From: a virus
Taxonomy: Duplodnaviria; Caudoviricetes
IMG/VR virus record: IMGVR_UViG_3300025777_000005
Coordinates: 1-34,861 of that record
DNA: 34,861 nt
Reading direction: 5' to 3' (one strand)
Part shown: piece by piece, positions 33,890 to 34,861 of the stretch
Numbering within the stretch: position 1 is the stretch's first letter
Layout: every line of letters starts with the position of its first letter
Notes under the pieces: generated by a model
The model's database searches: none
Told to the model about the DNA's origin: nothing
What the model saw: the letters and a program-made list of their open reading frames with translations, nothing else
Made by a program: the position numbers and the translations under genes

Positions 33890-34503
33890 TGCCAGATCTT
33901 TCCGCACTTCATCAACCAGTTTCGCCTGTCTTCAATTCCCTGAAGGCTGGGGTTGATTCTGGCCGTTACAGCGTTGATATCGTCCTCATCCGCGTAGACA
34001 TTGCAGGAATGGTAATCCCAGAACTTCACAGCCGCCTGAGCCGCGCTGACGGGATTCTCCAGCATTTCCGGATGGTTCAATAAGTCCAATCCAATTTGTC
34101 TGCCGATCTGTTTGTAATTATATTTACCAGTGATCTGAAGAAACCCACGCCCGCGATAACGCCAACCATCCCCGCTAGCCTCGTCTCCATTCCCCAGTCG
34201 ATTTGCATATACCCGATTGGCAATCGCATGTGGTCCCTGTTCGATTAAATTGCGAGCATCAACCATGCTGGCCACGGACGAGGGGAATGCGTTGAGGAGA
34301 TGAATGGGATCATTATAAAACATACTCTCGGTGAGATGCCGAAAACCCCACGTTTCCGTAGCGCATTGAGCCACAAAATGTTTGATTCTCAAGGGCGTGT
34401 TGATGTCGCCAAGATTCTCGGTCAACGCCGAGGCTAGAATAGCGGCCCGAGAGGAGTCGATCCAAGGGCAAAGCAATACAAGTTGAGAGCCAATAATTGT
34501 CAT
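33886..34503 (-). CDS. Endolysin, glycoside hydrolase family 19
   Basis: 'HFVAQCATET..F..L.E', 'YANRLGNG...GDGWRYRGRGFLQITGKYNY', 'RIN....G..DR'. Confidence 0.92.
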   Translation of the reverse strand: MTIIGSQLVLLCPWIDSSRAAILASALTENLGDINTPLRIKHFVAQCATETWGFRHLTESMFYNDPIHLLNAFPSSVASMVDARNLIEQGPHAIANRVYANRLGNGDEASGDGWRYRGRGFLQITGKYNYKQIGRQIGLDLLNHPEMLENPVSAAQAAVKFWDYHSCNVYADEDDINAVTARINPSLQGIEDRRNWLMKCGKIWQ

Positions 34504-34515
34504 AATTAAGTTCCA

Positions 34516-34860
34516 TTAAGTCCAGTTAAATACAACCGCCCCGCCTGCGCCGGGAAGTCCACCACTATCGCTAGCCCCGCCCGCTCCGCCGCCGTAGCTT
34601 GCGCCACTCGTATTTGATCCAACAGATCCACCGCCGCCATACGCAACGCCTCCCGCCGCGCCGCCCGTCTGGACCGTCCCGCTTCCGCCCGTTGATCCGC
34701 TAGCCGATCCAGCATCCCCGCCGGTTTGAGTCCCACCCGCACCTCCCGCCGCGCCAGCGCCTCTGGCCCCGCCAGAACCACCACCAGCGGTTAAGGACGC
34801 CCCGCCCGTAATTGTGGAGCTTCCCCCCGCACCCCCAGCACCTGCGCCGGAAACATAAGA
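34516..34860 (-). CDS. Glycine-rich virion (tail fibre-like) protein, C-terminal part
   Basis: Manual translation SYVSGAGAGGAGGSSTITGG...GGLPGAGGAVVFNWT*; frame open to the window end, so missing from the ORF track. Confidence 0.8.
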   Translation of the reverse strand, partial: SYVSGAGAGGAGGSSTITGGASLTAGGGSGGARGAGAAGGAGGTQTGGDAGSASGSTGGSGTVQTGGAAGGVAYGGGGSVGSNTSGASYGGGAGGASDSGGLPGAGGAVVFNWT

Positions 34861-34861
34861 C

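Noticed and set aside
34506-34529. TTAA-N6-TTAA-N6-TTAA before the endolysin as a CtrA site
   Set aside because: The spacing is 6, not the required 7.
34506-34784. ORF-track protein MVVLAGPEALARR...
   Set aside because: Shadow frame of the Gly-rich CDS that ends at 34516 and is open to the window edge.

Overview
A 34.9-kb slice of a tailed dsDNA phage genome with podovirus-like structural genes. A GcrA homologue points to an alphaproteobacterial host. Left (1-8.3 kb, mostly +): accessory genes, including a DUF3150-like/DUF2201-VWA pair, a tightly coupled run of small ORFs, a GT-A glycosyltransferase, a free-standing GIY-YIG endonuclease (- strand) and a metallophosphoesterase. Middle (8.3-20.1 kb): a Twinkle/T7-gp4-like primase-helicase split by a class 3 intein, a ~350-nt densely structured non-coding leader, an AT-rich repeat tract, two HNH genes, tRNA-Thr(UGU), and RusA-, ParB-, HicB- and GcrA-like genes, then a PD-(D/E)XK nuclease, ERF and SSB. 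Right (20.1-34.9 kb, -): virion and lysis genes, including a 2125-aa polyvalent internal protein, ejection-type proteins, a GNAT-like protein, a tail stabilisation protein, nested spanins, a GH19 endolysin and a partial Gly-rich protein. No integrase, DNA polymerase, terminase, capsid or CRISPR array was recognised. The best candidates for something undescribed are the pseudoknotted RNA upstream of the primase-helicase and a shared [YF]AxGG motif with a candidate processing domain in the virion proteins. All family calls come from motif recognition by eye, not from database searches.
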